DNA of 50,830 nucleotides from Sphingomonadales bacterium. Its GTDB lineage: Bacteria > Pseudomonadota > Alphaproteobacteria > Sphingomonadales > Sphingomonadaceae. This document shows, piece after piece, positions 40,696-49,294 of this stretch (position 1 is its first letter; the number at the start of each line of letters is the position of its first letter). The notes beneath the pieces are model-generated. The model was not told the origin of the DNA. It did no database searches and worked only from the letters and a program-made list of their open reading frames with translations. A program made the translations under genes and the position numbers. The stretch spans positions 1 to 50,830 of the forward strand of contig JAGXGT010000052.1 of NCBI GenBank assembly GCA_024636595.1. The letters are read 5' to 3'.

Positions 40696-41490
40696 CTATA
40701 GTGCGAAACCTTCGCCCAGATATAGCCGCCGGACATTGGCATCTGCGACCAGATCTTCCGGACTGCCCGCAAACAGCACCTGACCGTCATAGATGATGCA
40801 GGCCCGGTCGACGATATCGAGCGTCTCGCGGACATTATGATCGGTGATCAGAACGCCGATACCGCGCTCTCGCAACTGACAAACCAGATCACGAATGTCG
40901 GCAATAGACAAGGGATCGATCCCGGCAAACGGTTCATCCAGAAGCACGATCGAGGGACTCGCGGCCAAGGCGCGGGCAATCTCGCATCGCCGCCGCTCGC
41001 CGCCGGACAATGCCATCGCTGGTGAACTGCGCAGCTTGATCAGGCCAAATTCATCAAGCAGGCGATCGAGCGTTTCCGCCCTCACACCGGAATCGGGCTC
41101 GACCATCTCGAGCACTGCCATGATATTCTGCTCGACCGTCATTCCGCGAAAAATCGATGTTTCCTGGGGAAGATAGCCGATGCCGAGGATCGCCCGGCGG
41201 TACATCGGGAGTGACGTGATATCCTCCCCGTCGAGCATGATCCGTCCGGCGTCCGGTCGAACCAAACCCATGACGGAATAGAAGCAGGTGGTTTTGCCCG
41301 CGCCATTGGGACCCAACAGCCCCACGACTTCACCGCGCCCGACAGACAGCGAAACATAGGACAGTACCGAGCGCTTGTCATAGCTTTTGGCGATTGAAAC
41401 AACCGCCAGACCATGCTCCATGGCATCGCTCGCCATCGCCGCACCCGGGTCGGCCATTATTGGCATGTCAGACATAGCTGTATCGTTCAT
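40696..41490 (-). CDS. lptB: LPS export ABC transporter ATP-binding protein
   Basis: GPNGAGKTT, YLPQE, LSGGERRR, LDEPFAGIDP, ITDHNVRE; start MNDT after GAGGA. Confidence 0.95.
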   Translation of the reverse strand: MNDTAMSDMPIMADPGAAMASDAMEHGLAVVSIAKSYDKRSVLSYVSLSVGRGEVVGLLGPNGAGKTTCFYSVMGLVRPDAGRIMLDGEDITSLPMYRRAILGIGYLPQETSIFRGMTVEQNIMAVLEMVEPDSGVRAETLDRLLDEFGLIKLRSSPAMALSGGERRRCEIARALAASPSIVLLDEPFAGIDPLSIADIRDLVCQLRERGIGVLITDHNVRETLDIVDRACIIYDGQVLFAGSPEDLVADANVRRLYLGEGFAL

Positions 41491-41556
41491 ATTCGTCCTC
41501 ATATGCATGGGCTGTCTTGTCGTTGGGTTAACAGCATGCCCCAATCTGATCCAAAT

Positions 41557-41572
41557 TGGCAAGCTTTGTGCA
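41557..41572 (+). promoter_or_regulatory. Sigma54-type -24/-12 motif in inverse orientation upstream of lptB-rpoN
   Basis: TGGCAAG-CTTT-GTGCA, exact GG-N10-GC spacing. Confidence 0.45.
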
Positions 41573-41686
41573 TGGTAGATCGGAAAAGGACTGTCATCAT
41601 CGCAAATCAAGCATCGTTACCGCGTGACACGGCGCGCTGTTTCCTGGGCCGCCATACAACTACCTTTTATCGCCCATCCCGCGGCG

Positions 41687-42235
41687 TCAATTTTTGCGTT
41701 GCGGGACCGTGAATGTACCGGACACGCGGCCACTGGAATCCTGCGTACCGACCGAGGAACCTCCGGTCGAACGCCCGTCGATCGTCGATCTTCCCGACGC
41801 GAGGTCGATAATCACCCGGCCGCCAGAAAGACGGTTCGCGCCCTGAGTAAGCGTAACATTGCCGATCAATGTGATGAGTCGTCGATTGAGGTCGTAAATA
41901 GCGACGTTGCCCGTAGCGGTGTCGCCGGCTTTGCGAATGGTGACGCCGCCGGATGCGTCGATCCGGTCAATCTCGATTCCGCCAACGCTCCGATAAGCCA
42001 CTGTCATGCGGGCGGAATTGAGTGTCATGCCTGCCTGCTCGACGCGAACGGCACCCGACAAGACGACACGGTCCGCTCGATCCTGCACTTCGATCCTCCC
42101 GGCATCGAACGTCACCGGCGCATTGCTGTTGTGGCTTCCGAAAACTTGAGCGGGCGCCGGGCCTGCGAGCAGCAAAAGCGACGCAGCCAGAAGAGCGGTG
42201 CCAGCGGCAAGAAAAAGAAAAAGGTGCAGTTTCAT
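41687..42235 (-). CDS. lptA: LptA/OstA family protein
   Basis: Signal peptide, beta-jellyroll pattern, GNVTLTQG, GRVSGTF; lies between lptC and lptB. Confidence 0.9.
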   Translation of the reverse strand: MKLHLFLFLAAGTALLAASLLLLAGPAPAQVFGSHNSNAPVTFDAGRIEVQDRADRVVLSGAVRVEQAGMTLNSARMTVAYRSVGGIEIDRIDASGGVTIRKAGDTATGNVAIYDLNRRLITLIGNVTLTQGANRLSGGRVIIDLASGRSTIDGRSTGGSSVGTQDSSGRVSGTFTVPQRKN

Positions 42236-42880
42236 CTAAGGTCTTCTTAGTCCATTTTGTTCGATCCGCAAACGCGCATTACCAGTAAGGCTCACGGTGC
42301 GCTCAGCCAAATCAGCTTCAAGTCGATCCGCCCTGAAAGTTCCGATATTGGTCCGTCCATCAACCGTCCCTTCACTCTGCAATGTGCGCTGCTTGAGATC
42401 GACGGTGACATTGTTGGTCGAAAGACGATAGCCGCTGGCGGCCTCGACCTGCACGGGTCCCGGCACCCGAACCTTTTCCTGATCCATATCGTAGCGACCA
42501 CCGCTGGCGCGTATCTGGGCCGGGCCGTCCGTCAATAATATGCGAGCCGACAGATCTCTTAATTCGACGATTGCTTCGCTGGAGCTTTTCTGGACCGCGG
42601 ACCCCGCTTTCAAAGAAAAGGGACGGCCTTCGCTATCTTCACCGCGATAGAGCGCTTCGGTAACGCGCATGCGTTCCTTGGCTACATCGACGCTATTCTT
42701 GTCCAGAACGAAACTCAGTTCGCCGGTCATCGTGAACGGGGCCAGCGCCAGCATCGAACCCAATATGCCAACGCCAACAGGAAGAATGAAACGCAGCAAT
42801 CGAACATTTCGATCATGCGTGCCGTTCGGAGCGGCAAATTCCTGGCGCTTTGTCCGGACAATATTAGCAGTGGTTACCAT
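42236..42880 (-). CDS. lptC: LptC family protein
   Basis: Single N-terminal TM, YRGEDSEGRPFSLKA, beta-rich C-terminus; synteny with rnd and lptA. Confidence 0.85.
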   Translation of the reverse strand: MVTTANIVRTKRQEFAAPNGTHDRNVRLLRFILPVGVGILGSMLALAPFTMTGELSFVLDKNSVDVAKERMRVTEALYRGEDSEGRPFSLKAGSAVQKSSSEAIVELRDLSARILLTDGPAQIRASGGRYDMDQEKVRVPGPVQVEAASGYRLSTNNVTVDLKQRTLQSEGTVDGRTNIGTFRADRLEADLAERTVSLTGNARLRIEQNGLRRP

Positions 42881-42937
42881 GGTTAAACAGCAATCCCTCG
42901 ATCATAGTCACGACGACTGTGCGATAGGTTCCAACGC

Positions 42938-43553
42938 TCACGCATGCGCGAAAATATCTGTTTCTGGCCAGCCAGCCAGATCCAGACGTGCCCGGTCCGG
43001 CAGAAAGTTAAAACACGCCTGTGCCAGAGCCGTTCTGCCTTCCCGTTCGAGCCGAACTTCCAGCTCATCCTTCAATCGGTGCAGAAAGCGAACATCGGAC
43101 GCGGCATAGTCCCGCTGCGCTTCGCTGAGTTCGGGGTTGCCCCAATCGCTGGACTGCTGCTGCTTCGAAATATCCTGCCCGAGCAGCTCCCGGACCAGTT
43201 CCTTCAGGCCGTGCCGATCCGTATAGGTTCGAATAAGACGCGATGCGATTTTCGTGCAGAACACCGGCTCCCATCACGCCCATATAATGTTCGATGGCGG
43301 CAAGGTCGAATCGCGCAAAGTGATATAGCTTTACGCGTTTTGGATCGGCCAGAATCGCGCGGAGGTTTGGTGCCGCATAATCACTGTCGGGACCGAAGCG
43401 CACAAGATGCTCGTCGCCTTCGCCGTCTGATATCTGAAGCAGGCATAGCCGATCGCGATGGGTTTGCAGTCCCATGGTTTCTGTATCCACGGCAACGGCT
43501 CCGTCGCCCATAACGCCAGCGGGAATGTCTTCTTCATGAAAAAAAACTGCCAT
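42938..43553 (-). pseudogene. rnd: Ribonuclease D (DEDDy 3'-5' exonuclease), frameshifted near 43268-43271
   Basis: AVDTETMGL and HFARFD in one frame; CTKIAS, QQSSDWG, YAASDV in another; only 4 nt (GGAG) between ATG and CCG GTG. Could be a sequence error. Confidence 0.8.
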
Positions 43554-43670
43554 TAATATCCGCCTGTTTCTGTTTGCCTCTGGGCCCGCGTCATTTTCTC
43601 AACCGTGGCGTCCGAGCGACGCCTGCCTGGCTTGTGGTTTATACCTTGGCCAGATCTCCGGCTGTGAAAA

Positions 43671-43697
43671 TTGACAGCAGCGCACCATTGCATATGC
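43671..43697 (+). promoter_or_regulatory. Sigma70-type promoter
   Basis: Perfect -35 TTGACA at 43671; CATATG-like -10 near 43691-43697; predicts a start at about 43702-43704. Confidence 0.55.
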
Positions 43698-43703
43698 CAT
43701 GTG

Positions 43704-43820
43704 GCGCAGGCCGGTTCAAACAGCAAGTTTAGTTTGATCCCGATGTGGTATCAAAATGCGGGAACACCGCGTTTTTGAGCAAGACGGTTTGAAGATCAAT
43801 TTCAGCCGGCCTGCGCACCA
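43704..43820 (+). ncRNA. Candidate structured RNA with tRNA-like closing stem and 3' ACCA
   Basis: GCGCAGGCCGG (43704-14) pairs with CCGGCCTGCGC (43806-16), followed by ACCA; inner stem TTCAAAC/GTTTGAA and two internal hairpins. Confidence 0.45.
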
Positions 43821-43966
43821 ATCGCCGATTTCATTCGCTTATTCGACTGTTTTTCTATATAGTTGACGCGCACGACGTTGGGATTCGTGCGAAACAATGT
43901 CCCGGAAATCGTCCGCTGTGGCATTGCTATTATTGGGCAGGACGAATTGAAAGCGACGATTTAAGA

Positions 43967-44641
43967 ATGGGTTTTGACAGAAACCGGCGAGGCAGAGGCC
44001 GGGACAAGCGCGACGGCTTCGGTGACGAAAACTTCGATGGATATCAAGGTGATAACGGTCCACCCGTAGAGCGATATACGCGGCCAGACAGTGATTCCGG
44101 TGCCCCCAGACGGGGCGGCGGTATGCCGGATCAAGTCGTCGGCGAAAGCACCGGGACGGTGAAATTTTTCAATGCACAGAAAGGCTTTGGCTTCATCGTC
44201 CAAGATGGTGGCGGTGAAGACGTTTTTGTCCATATTAGTCAAGTCGAACGTGCGGGCCTGAAAGGTCTCGCCGAAGGCCAGACATTGCGTTTTTCGCTGG
44301 TGGACCGCGGCGGTAAAGTGTCCGCTTCAGACATTCAGATTGAAGGTGATCTCATAGAAGTGCCGGACGGTGGCGGAAGCCCTCGTGAGGATCGTGGTGG
44401 CGGTGGCTCCCCTCGCCGGGAACTTACCGGAGAAAAGGCCACTGGCACTGTAAAGTTCTTCAATGGCAGCAAGGGCTTTGGCTTCATTCAACGTGATGAT
44501 GGTCAGCCTGACGCATTTGTCCATATTTCTGCCGTAGAGCGTGCTGGGATGCGCGGGCTGGAAGAAGGGGACAAGCTGGAGTTTGAACTGGAAGTCGATC
44601 AACGGGGCAAGACCGCGGCGGTAAATCTGGTCGCGAAATAG
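43967..44641 (+). CDS. Cold-shock protein with two CSD domains
   Basis: GTVKFFN..KGFGFI and (V/A)FVHIS each occur twice; Arg/Gly/Asp-rich N-terminus and linker. Confidence 0.95.
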   Translation: MGFDRNRRGRGRDKRDGFGDENFDGYQGDNGPPVERYTRPDSDSGAPRRGGGMPDQVVGESTGTVKFFNAQKGFGFIVQDGGGEDVFVHISQVERAGLKGLAEGQTLRFSLVDRGGKVSASDIQIEGDLIEVPDGGGSPREDRGGGGSPRRELTGEKATGTVKFFNGSKGFGFIQRDDGQPDAFVHISAVERAGMRGLEEGDKLEFELEVDQRGKTAAVNLVAK

Positions 44642-44662
44642 CACGTTTTATCCGATTGATAT

Positions 44663-44694
44663 AAAAATGGCGGGTTTCGACCCGCCATTTTTTT
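44663..44694 (+). terminator. Rho-independent terminator (probably bidirectional)
   Basis: AAAAATGGCGGGT-TTCG-ACCCGCCATTTTTTT. Confidence 0.92.
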
Positions 44695-44737
44695 GCCCTC
44701 CAGCGCCTGTCATCATGGGCAGAACAGCCGGACATAG

Positions 44738-44769
44738 AAAAGCCCGCGGAACCAGTCCCGCGGGCTTTT
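44738..44769 (-). terminator. Terminator after the autotransporter gene
   Basis: AAAAGCCCGCGG-8 nt-CCGCGGGCTTTT. Confidence 0.8.
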
Positions 44770-44790
44770 GCAATTGGAATATCTCTGCTC

Positions 44791-47700
44791 CTAGAAGCGG
44801 AAGCTAATCGCGCCGGAATACACCTGGCTGGACACATCCGACCGACCAACCGTCGAGTCGGCGGAGAGATCCAATGAGACATTGCCCATGTTGTAGCGCA
44901 AGCCAACACCCACTTCGCCCCAGTTCTTGTCCGGTGCTGCCAGCCGGAATGGCGCGGCCAGTCCATTTCCTCCAACAAAATTCGCACCGAAGCTATTCGG
45001 ATTATCCATGAATTCATGAACATAGTTCATTGAGGCGCGAAGCTGCAATGTGCCACCTGGCTTCGATTTGAACTCGACACCCGCCAGACCTTGGACGCTG
45101 TTATAGTCCGGGCGAATGATCGCCAGCGCTGGTCCGCCACCCTTTTCGTTCACATTGCTGAAGTTGATCTTCGCCGCACGACCCCGAATTCCGGGCGCGA
45201 TGATCGCATTGAGAAGATCAAGTTCTTTCGACAACCCGATCTCGGACGCAAATACGAAACTGTCATCGTCGGTAGTCAGGTTAAACGCCTGCGCTCCAAC
45301 AGCGACGTTGCGCAGGGTCTTCACATTATAGGTACCAAGCGTAACCCGTGCATCCAATACCAGGTCGGCAAAGGTTTTCGATTGGCCGTAAATCGAACCC
45401 ATAATGGCTTTCGACTGTGCCGTATTCCCCAATGACGCCGTTGCATCGACATCCGAATAATAGCCGGACAGTCCTATGAATGAAGATTCGTCCAGATAAT
45501 ATTCAAGGCCAGCAGCAATGAAGAAGCCATCAAATTCATCTTCTCCGTTAGCTGCGCCAGGATTGCGAACTGGCATCGACTGAGTGTCTCCGTTTACGAA
45601 GCCACCGGCAAGATAAATAGCCATATCCTCGTTAACGCCGCCGGTGCGGACTTCCGTATCGTCCGCAAGTGCGGCGGAATCACCGACTGCAGAAGCGCCA
45701 TTCATCGCAAAGCCGCCGAGAGATGCAGCCGCCAACTGTAGCGGTTGACCGATGACAGCGATAGTACCCCCATTGGAAGAACGATCAGCAAAGCTGTTCC
45801 GGTTTTGGTGGAAACCGGCAACATTGCTGAGAAGACCTCGACCCATCGCCTGTGCTGTCGACTCCGTGGTCGGTGCCCAGCTGTCAAACGTCGATTGAAT
45901 TGTCCCCGCATTCGCAAAATCCAGGAAGGAGAAGAGACCAGCAACAGCCGTATTACCACGGTTGCGATCCATCAAAGCGGCATAGCTGACTTGTACCGGA
46001 TTGAGCTTGTCGATGACATTCTGGTAACTTTGCGCCCGGACGGTCAAGTCGACCGCATTTGCACTGTAGGTCAGATTGGAAAGCAGAATGGCCGAAAGAT
46101 TCGACACGCCGCTAAATGTGCTTGTCACCCCACCCGTAGCGGTCAAAATCCGATAGGTGTTTGGTGTAGCAGTCTGCAGAGCGGCAACATTTGCCACTGC
46201 AACGTTACCGCCGACATTCGCCACGCCGGTGACGGCAACACGATCTGAGCTTCCAGAAGTACCAACGTCGACGAACAGAGTTGAGCCCGATGACAAGATC
46301 AGATTGCCGTCGACATTTAACGTGCCGATCGTGCCCATCGTACCTGGCGCAATTCCGCCAGCGATACTGGTCAAAAACGGAGCTTTCACAGTGCCGGCAC
46401 CCGACAACAATCCACTAAACAGCGAATAGTCGCCCGTGCTTGTAAGCGATCCATTAACCGCAACCCGTCCGCCTGTCTGATTTGTATCTATCAGCGTAGA
46501 CAATTTCCCGTTGCTGTTGATCACAAGACCGGCGGTGCCGCCTACGTTCAATCGGTCGATGGTCACATTGCTGCTCAATGTCGTGGTGCCAGCTTTGCTG
46601 AGCGTCACTTCAAAATAACGACCGTTCACGCGTGCCGCTGGATTGGCGCTGACAACCGGGTTGACATTGTTCGGAACAAAGCCGGTTGCACCAGGCAGGC
46701 CATTCGTCAGCGTTGGCGTGGGTAGCGGATCTCCCGGCGCTTGCGATTCTTCCTTCGCAAGCTCAACTCCACTAGCAGCCTGGGCTTCATCGTCCGCCGT
46801 CTCGACACCATTATGCGGTGCTTCAATGGCGAATTCGACGCCATTGCCGTGCGCCTGATGCTCGGCGCCCATGATCATGCCTGCGCGTGCGCCCGGAGAG
46901 GAAGCAGATGCAACCTCGACTGACGCTGCCACGGCTGTACTGGGCGCGACTTGCGCTACAGCATCCGATGATTCAGCATTGCCGTCAGCAGCCAGATCAG
47001 AAACTTGAGAAGCAGTGCCAAATTCCACAATGCCAATGCCCGAGGTCAAATTGCCACCCGCTGTAGTCGCAGGCGTTGGGGTCGGAGCTGGCGCGGGACG
47101 CGATGGCGGCGTTTCTTTGCCCGTGGCAAAGTTAAAGCAACCATCACCGGGATTGTTGCCTTCCGGATCAAAGCAGACTTCACCGAATGTTGGAGTCGTG
47201 CCGAACCGTCCAGCAGACTGCTTATCGGGGAAGCCGTTTACTACTTTTCCATCGGCATTGATGATGCGGTAAGCAGGGTCGAGATCTGTCTGCCAGCGCG
47301 TCGCATCTTCCCACGCACCATCTCCAGCTTTCGCGCTAACATAGCGATAGGGATTGGTTGCTGCGATATAGTCAGAAAAAAGAAACAATGGCTGATAGAA
47401 GCTTTCGGTACCGTAAGAACTGAAAACCTGGGCGCCAAAGAATCGCGAACCACCGGACAAGACGCCGATCTGAAGGTTTTCGGTCGACAGACTGTTATTT
47501 GCCGCATCAAGAATCAAAGGACCGCCAGAATCGCCGCCCGCTGTCGTCCCTTCGCGGACTCGCGGCTCATCCTTGTACAGGTTAAAATCAAAAGGGTTGG
47601 TTTTCTTCGGATCGTCGAAATCGAGCCGATAAAGAACCTGCGGCAGATCGCCAAATGCAGCGCCAAACAAGAATTCGTTGCGCTTATCGAAAGACGAGAG

Positions 47701-48375
47701 CGAACCCAGCATATTCTCCGCGGCGCGGCGGCGATAGTCGATGCCCACATTCGAGCCAGCTGTTCCGCTACCCGTCCGGCCATAGCCGGTAATATTGACA
47801 TGGTAACCTGTGCCGTCCTTGTCGCTAATTGAAGCAGGCGTCGGCAACGGTGAGAAAAGCAGCGCCCAGGTCGGGATCTTGCCTGCAGGAGTAGCAAGGC
47901 TGGCGAGAGCAATATCACCCTCTAGAAAGCCCGCACTGTCAGGCCGCTGATTGGATTGTGCGTTCCAAAAAATCTGGTTGACCAGAAAAGTGTTGACCGA
48001 TTGTTGGAAGGTACCGGAACTGATGCCCAGTTCATCGCGAATGAAGTTGCGCAGCTGGCTGGCGTTAAAGTCAAAAGACCAAGCGGTATTCACTACCGTG
48101 CCATAATCGCTTTCCGGACGGTCATTCACACAATGTGCGGCGAATAAAACAGTACGCGGGTTGATCAGCGTACCCGAACAGACAAAGCCGTCACCGCGAG
48201 CGAACATGCCAACGCCATTCACGCCGCCAGCTTCATCGAGAATCTGGGCTGGAGTATAATTGTCGTTGGGCACGATAGCCTGAGCAGGTGTAGCGAGAGC
48301 GATCGTGGCAATTGCCCCTGCTGCCGCAGTCCGCAAAAGTACAGAACGCTTAGTTTGTCCGAAATTCTTGTTCAT
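44791..48375 (-). CDS. Autotransporter with trypsin-like (S1) serine protease passenger
   Basis: Signal peptide AQA/IVP; CSGTLI, FAAHC, GDIAL, GDSGGP; beta-helix-like segment; C-terminal beta-barrel ending SFRF. Confidence 0.88.
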   Translation of the reverse strand: MNKNFGQTKRSVLLRTAAAGAIATIALATPAQAIVPNDNYTPAQILDEAGGVNGVGMFARGDGFVCSGTLINPRTVLFAAHCVNDRPESDYGTVVNTAWSFDFNASQLRNFIRDELGISSGTFQQSVNTFLVNQIFWNAQSNQRPDSAGFLEGDIALASLATPAGKIPTWALLFSPLPTPASISDKDGTGYHVNITGYGRTGSGTAGSNVGIDYRRRAAENMLGSLSSFDKRNEFLFGAAFGDLPQVLYRLDFDDPKKTNPFDFNLYKDEPRVREGTTAGGDSGGPLILDAANNSLSTENLQIGVLSGGSRFFGAQVFSSYGTESFYQPLFLFSDYIAATNPYRYVSAKAGDGAWEDATRWQTDLDPAYRIINADGKVVNGFPDKQSAGRFGTTPTFGEVCFDPEGNNPGDGCFNFATGKETPPSRPAPAPTPTPATTAGGNLTSGIGIVEFGTASQVSDLAADGNAESSDAVAQVAPSTAVAASVEVASASSPGARAGMIMGAEHQAHGNGVEFAIEAPHNGVETADDEAQAASGVELAKEESQAPGDPLPTPTLTNGLPGATGFVPNNVNPVVSANPAARVNGRYFEVTLSKAGTTTLSSNVTIDRLNVGGTAGLVINSNGKLSTLIDTNQTGGRVAVNGSLTSTGDYSLFSGLLSGAGTVKAPFLTSIAGGIAPGTMGTIGTLNVDGNLILSSGSTLFVDVGTSGSSDRVAVTGVANVGGNVAVANVAALQTATPNTYRILTATGGVTSTFSGVSNLSAILLSNLTYSANAVDLTVRAQSYQNVIDKLNPVQVSYAALMDRNRGNTAVAGLFSFLDFANAGTIQSTFDSWAPTTESTAQAMGRGLLSNVAGFHQNRNSFADRSSNGGTIAVIGQPLQLAAASLGGFAMNGASAVGDSAALADDTEVRTGGVNEDMAIYLAGGFVNGDTQSMPVRNPGAANGEDEFDGFFIAAGLEYYLDESSFIGLSGYYSDVDATASLGNTAQSKAIMGSIYGQSKTFADLVLDARVTLGTYNVKTLRNVAVGAQAFNLTTDDDSFVFASEIGLSKELDLLNAIIAPGIRGRAAKINFSNVNEKGGGPALAIIRPDYNSVQGLAGVEFKSKPGGTLQLRASMNYVHEFMDNPNSFGANFVGGNGLAAPFRLAAPDKNWGEVGVGLRYNMGNVSLDLSADSTVGRSDVSSQVYSGAISFRF

Positions 48376-48679
48376 GGAAGAATGTCCCCTGTAATATTCA
48401 GCCAGAATAGACTCAAGCCATTGCTTTGCTTATTTCACAGACCGAATCAAAGTGAATTTTCCTTGAGACACAGCAATTCGCCGAAAAAAGCCGGTTTTTT
48501 GCGGAATTTCCAAAAGGGCAAAATTCAATCTTGGTTGCATATGTGTTGAATGGGCAACAGAGTTTGACCATTTCAGCCAAATATTACCGCCGCCGCCAAC
48601 GGTCATTTATATCTTGGCGGCGACGATTTGATTCTGATTTCGGCTAATCTCCAGTGGCGGAGAATTTACTGATCTTTGC

Positions 48680-49150
48680 TCAATCTTTCTGGGCGATTTC
48701 CAACAGGAACCATGCGCGCTCTTCTGCTTGGTCGGTCCAGTCATCCAGCAAACCGTCCGTAGCATTGTCGCCGGCGTCGCCCGCCAATTCCTTTGCTTCG
48801 CGGAGTTTTTCAACGAGCTTCAGATTGTCGGCACGCAGTTCACCAAGCATTTCCGGCGCCGCAACCTTGGCATCGTCGTTATCGGCGATAGTCTGTCGTT
48901 TGCCGATATCGCCAATCGAGGTAAGCGTGCGGTGGCCATTTTTGCGAACGCGTTCGGCAATCAGGTCGGTTGTCGCGAGAATCTGTGCCGCATGTTCGTC
49001 AAACATAAGATGATAATCCCGGAAATGCGGCCCGGAAACATGCCAGTGAAAATTTTTCGTCTTGAGATAAAGGGCAAAACTATCTGCGAATATTCCATTC
49101 AGTGCTTCGGCTACAGCCTTCTTTGCATTGTCGCCTGTGGTCATTGTCAT
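48680..49150 (-). CDS. dps: Dps family ferritin-like protein
   Basis: KTKNFHWHVSGPHFRDYHLMFDE, DLIAERVR, ERAWFL. Confidence 0.95.
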   Translation of the reverse strand: MTMTTGDNAKKAVAEALNGIFADSFALYLKTKNFHWHVSGPHFRDYHLMFDEHAAQILATTDLIAERVRKNGHRTLTSIGDIGKRQTIADNDDAKVAAPEMLGELRADNLKLVEKLREAKELAGDAGDNATDGLLDDWTDQAEERAWFLLEIAQKD

Positions 49151-49294
49151 TCTCCTTTTCGGATGCGTTTAGTTTATAACAGAAGGATACAGTTTATTGG
49201 CGACCCAACATAACGGGAAGATTTGCTCTCTCAGAGTGACAATATCGATTGAGCGCCTGGACACAATTGACCGGCCCGCCATTGACTGGCGGCT

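Noticed and set aside
42878-42886. TTAACCAT at the lptC start as a CtrA site
   Set aside because: Half-site only and it includes the start codon; probably chance
43539-43546. A8 homopolymer near the rnd start as a phase-variation tract
   Set aside because: Currently in frame (VFFH), and a slip there would not repair the downstream frameshift
43704-43820. Canonical tRNA or tmRNA
   Set aside because: No D-arm or anticodon-arm geometry, no G3-U70 pair, no tag ORF; kept only as a candidate novel RNA
48591-48623. CGCCGCCAA/TTGGCGGCG hairpin after dps
   Set aside because: Long loop and no U-tract; cannot be called a terminator or repeat with confidence
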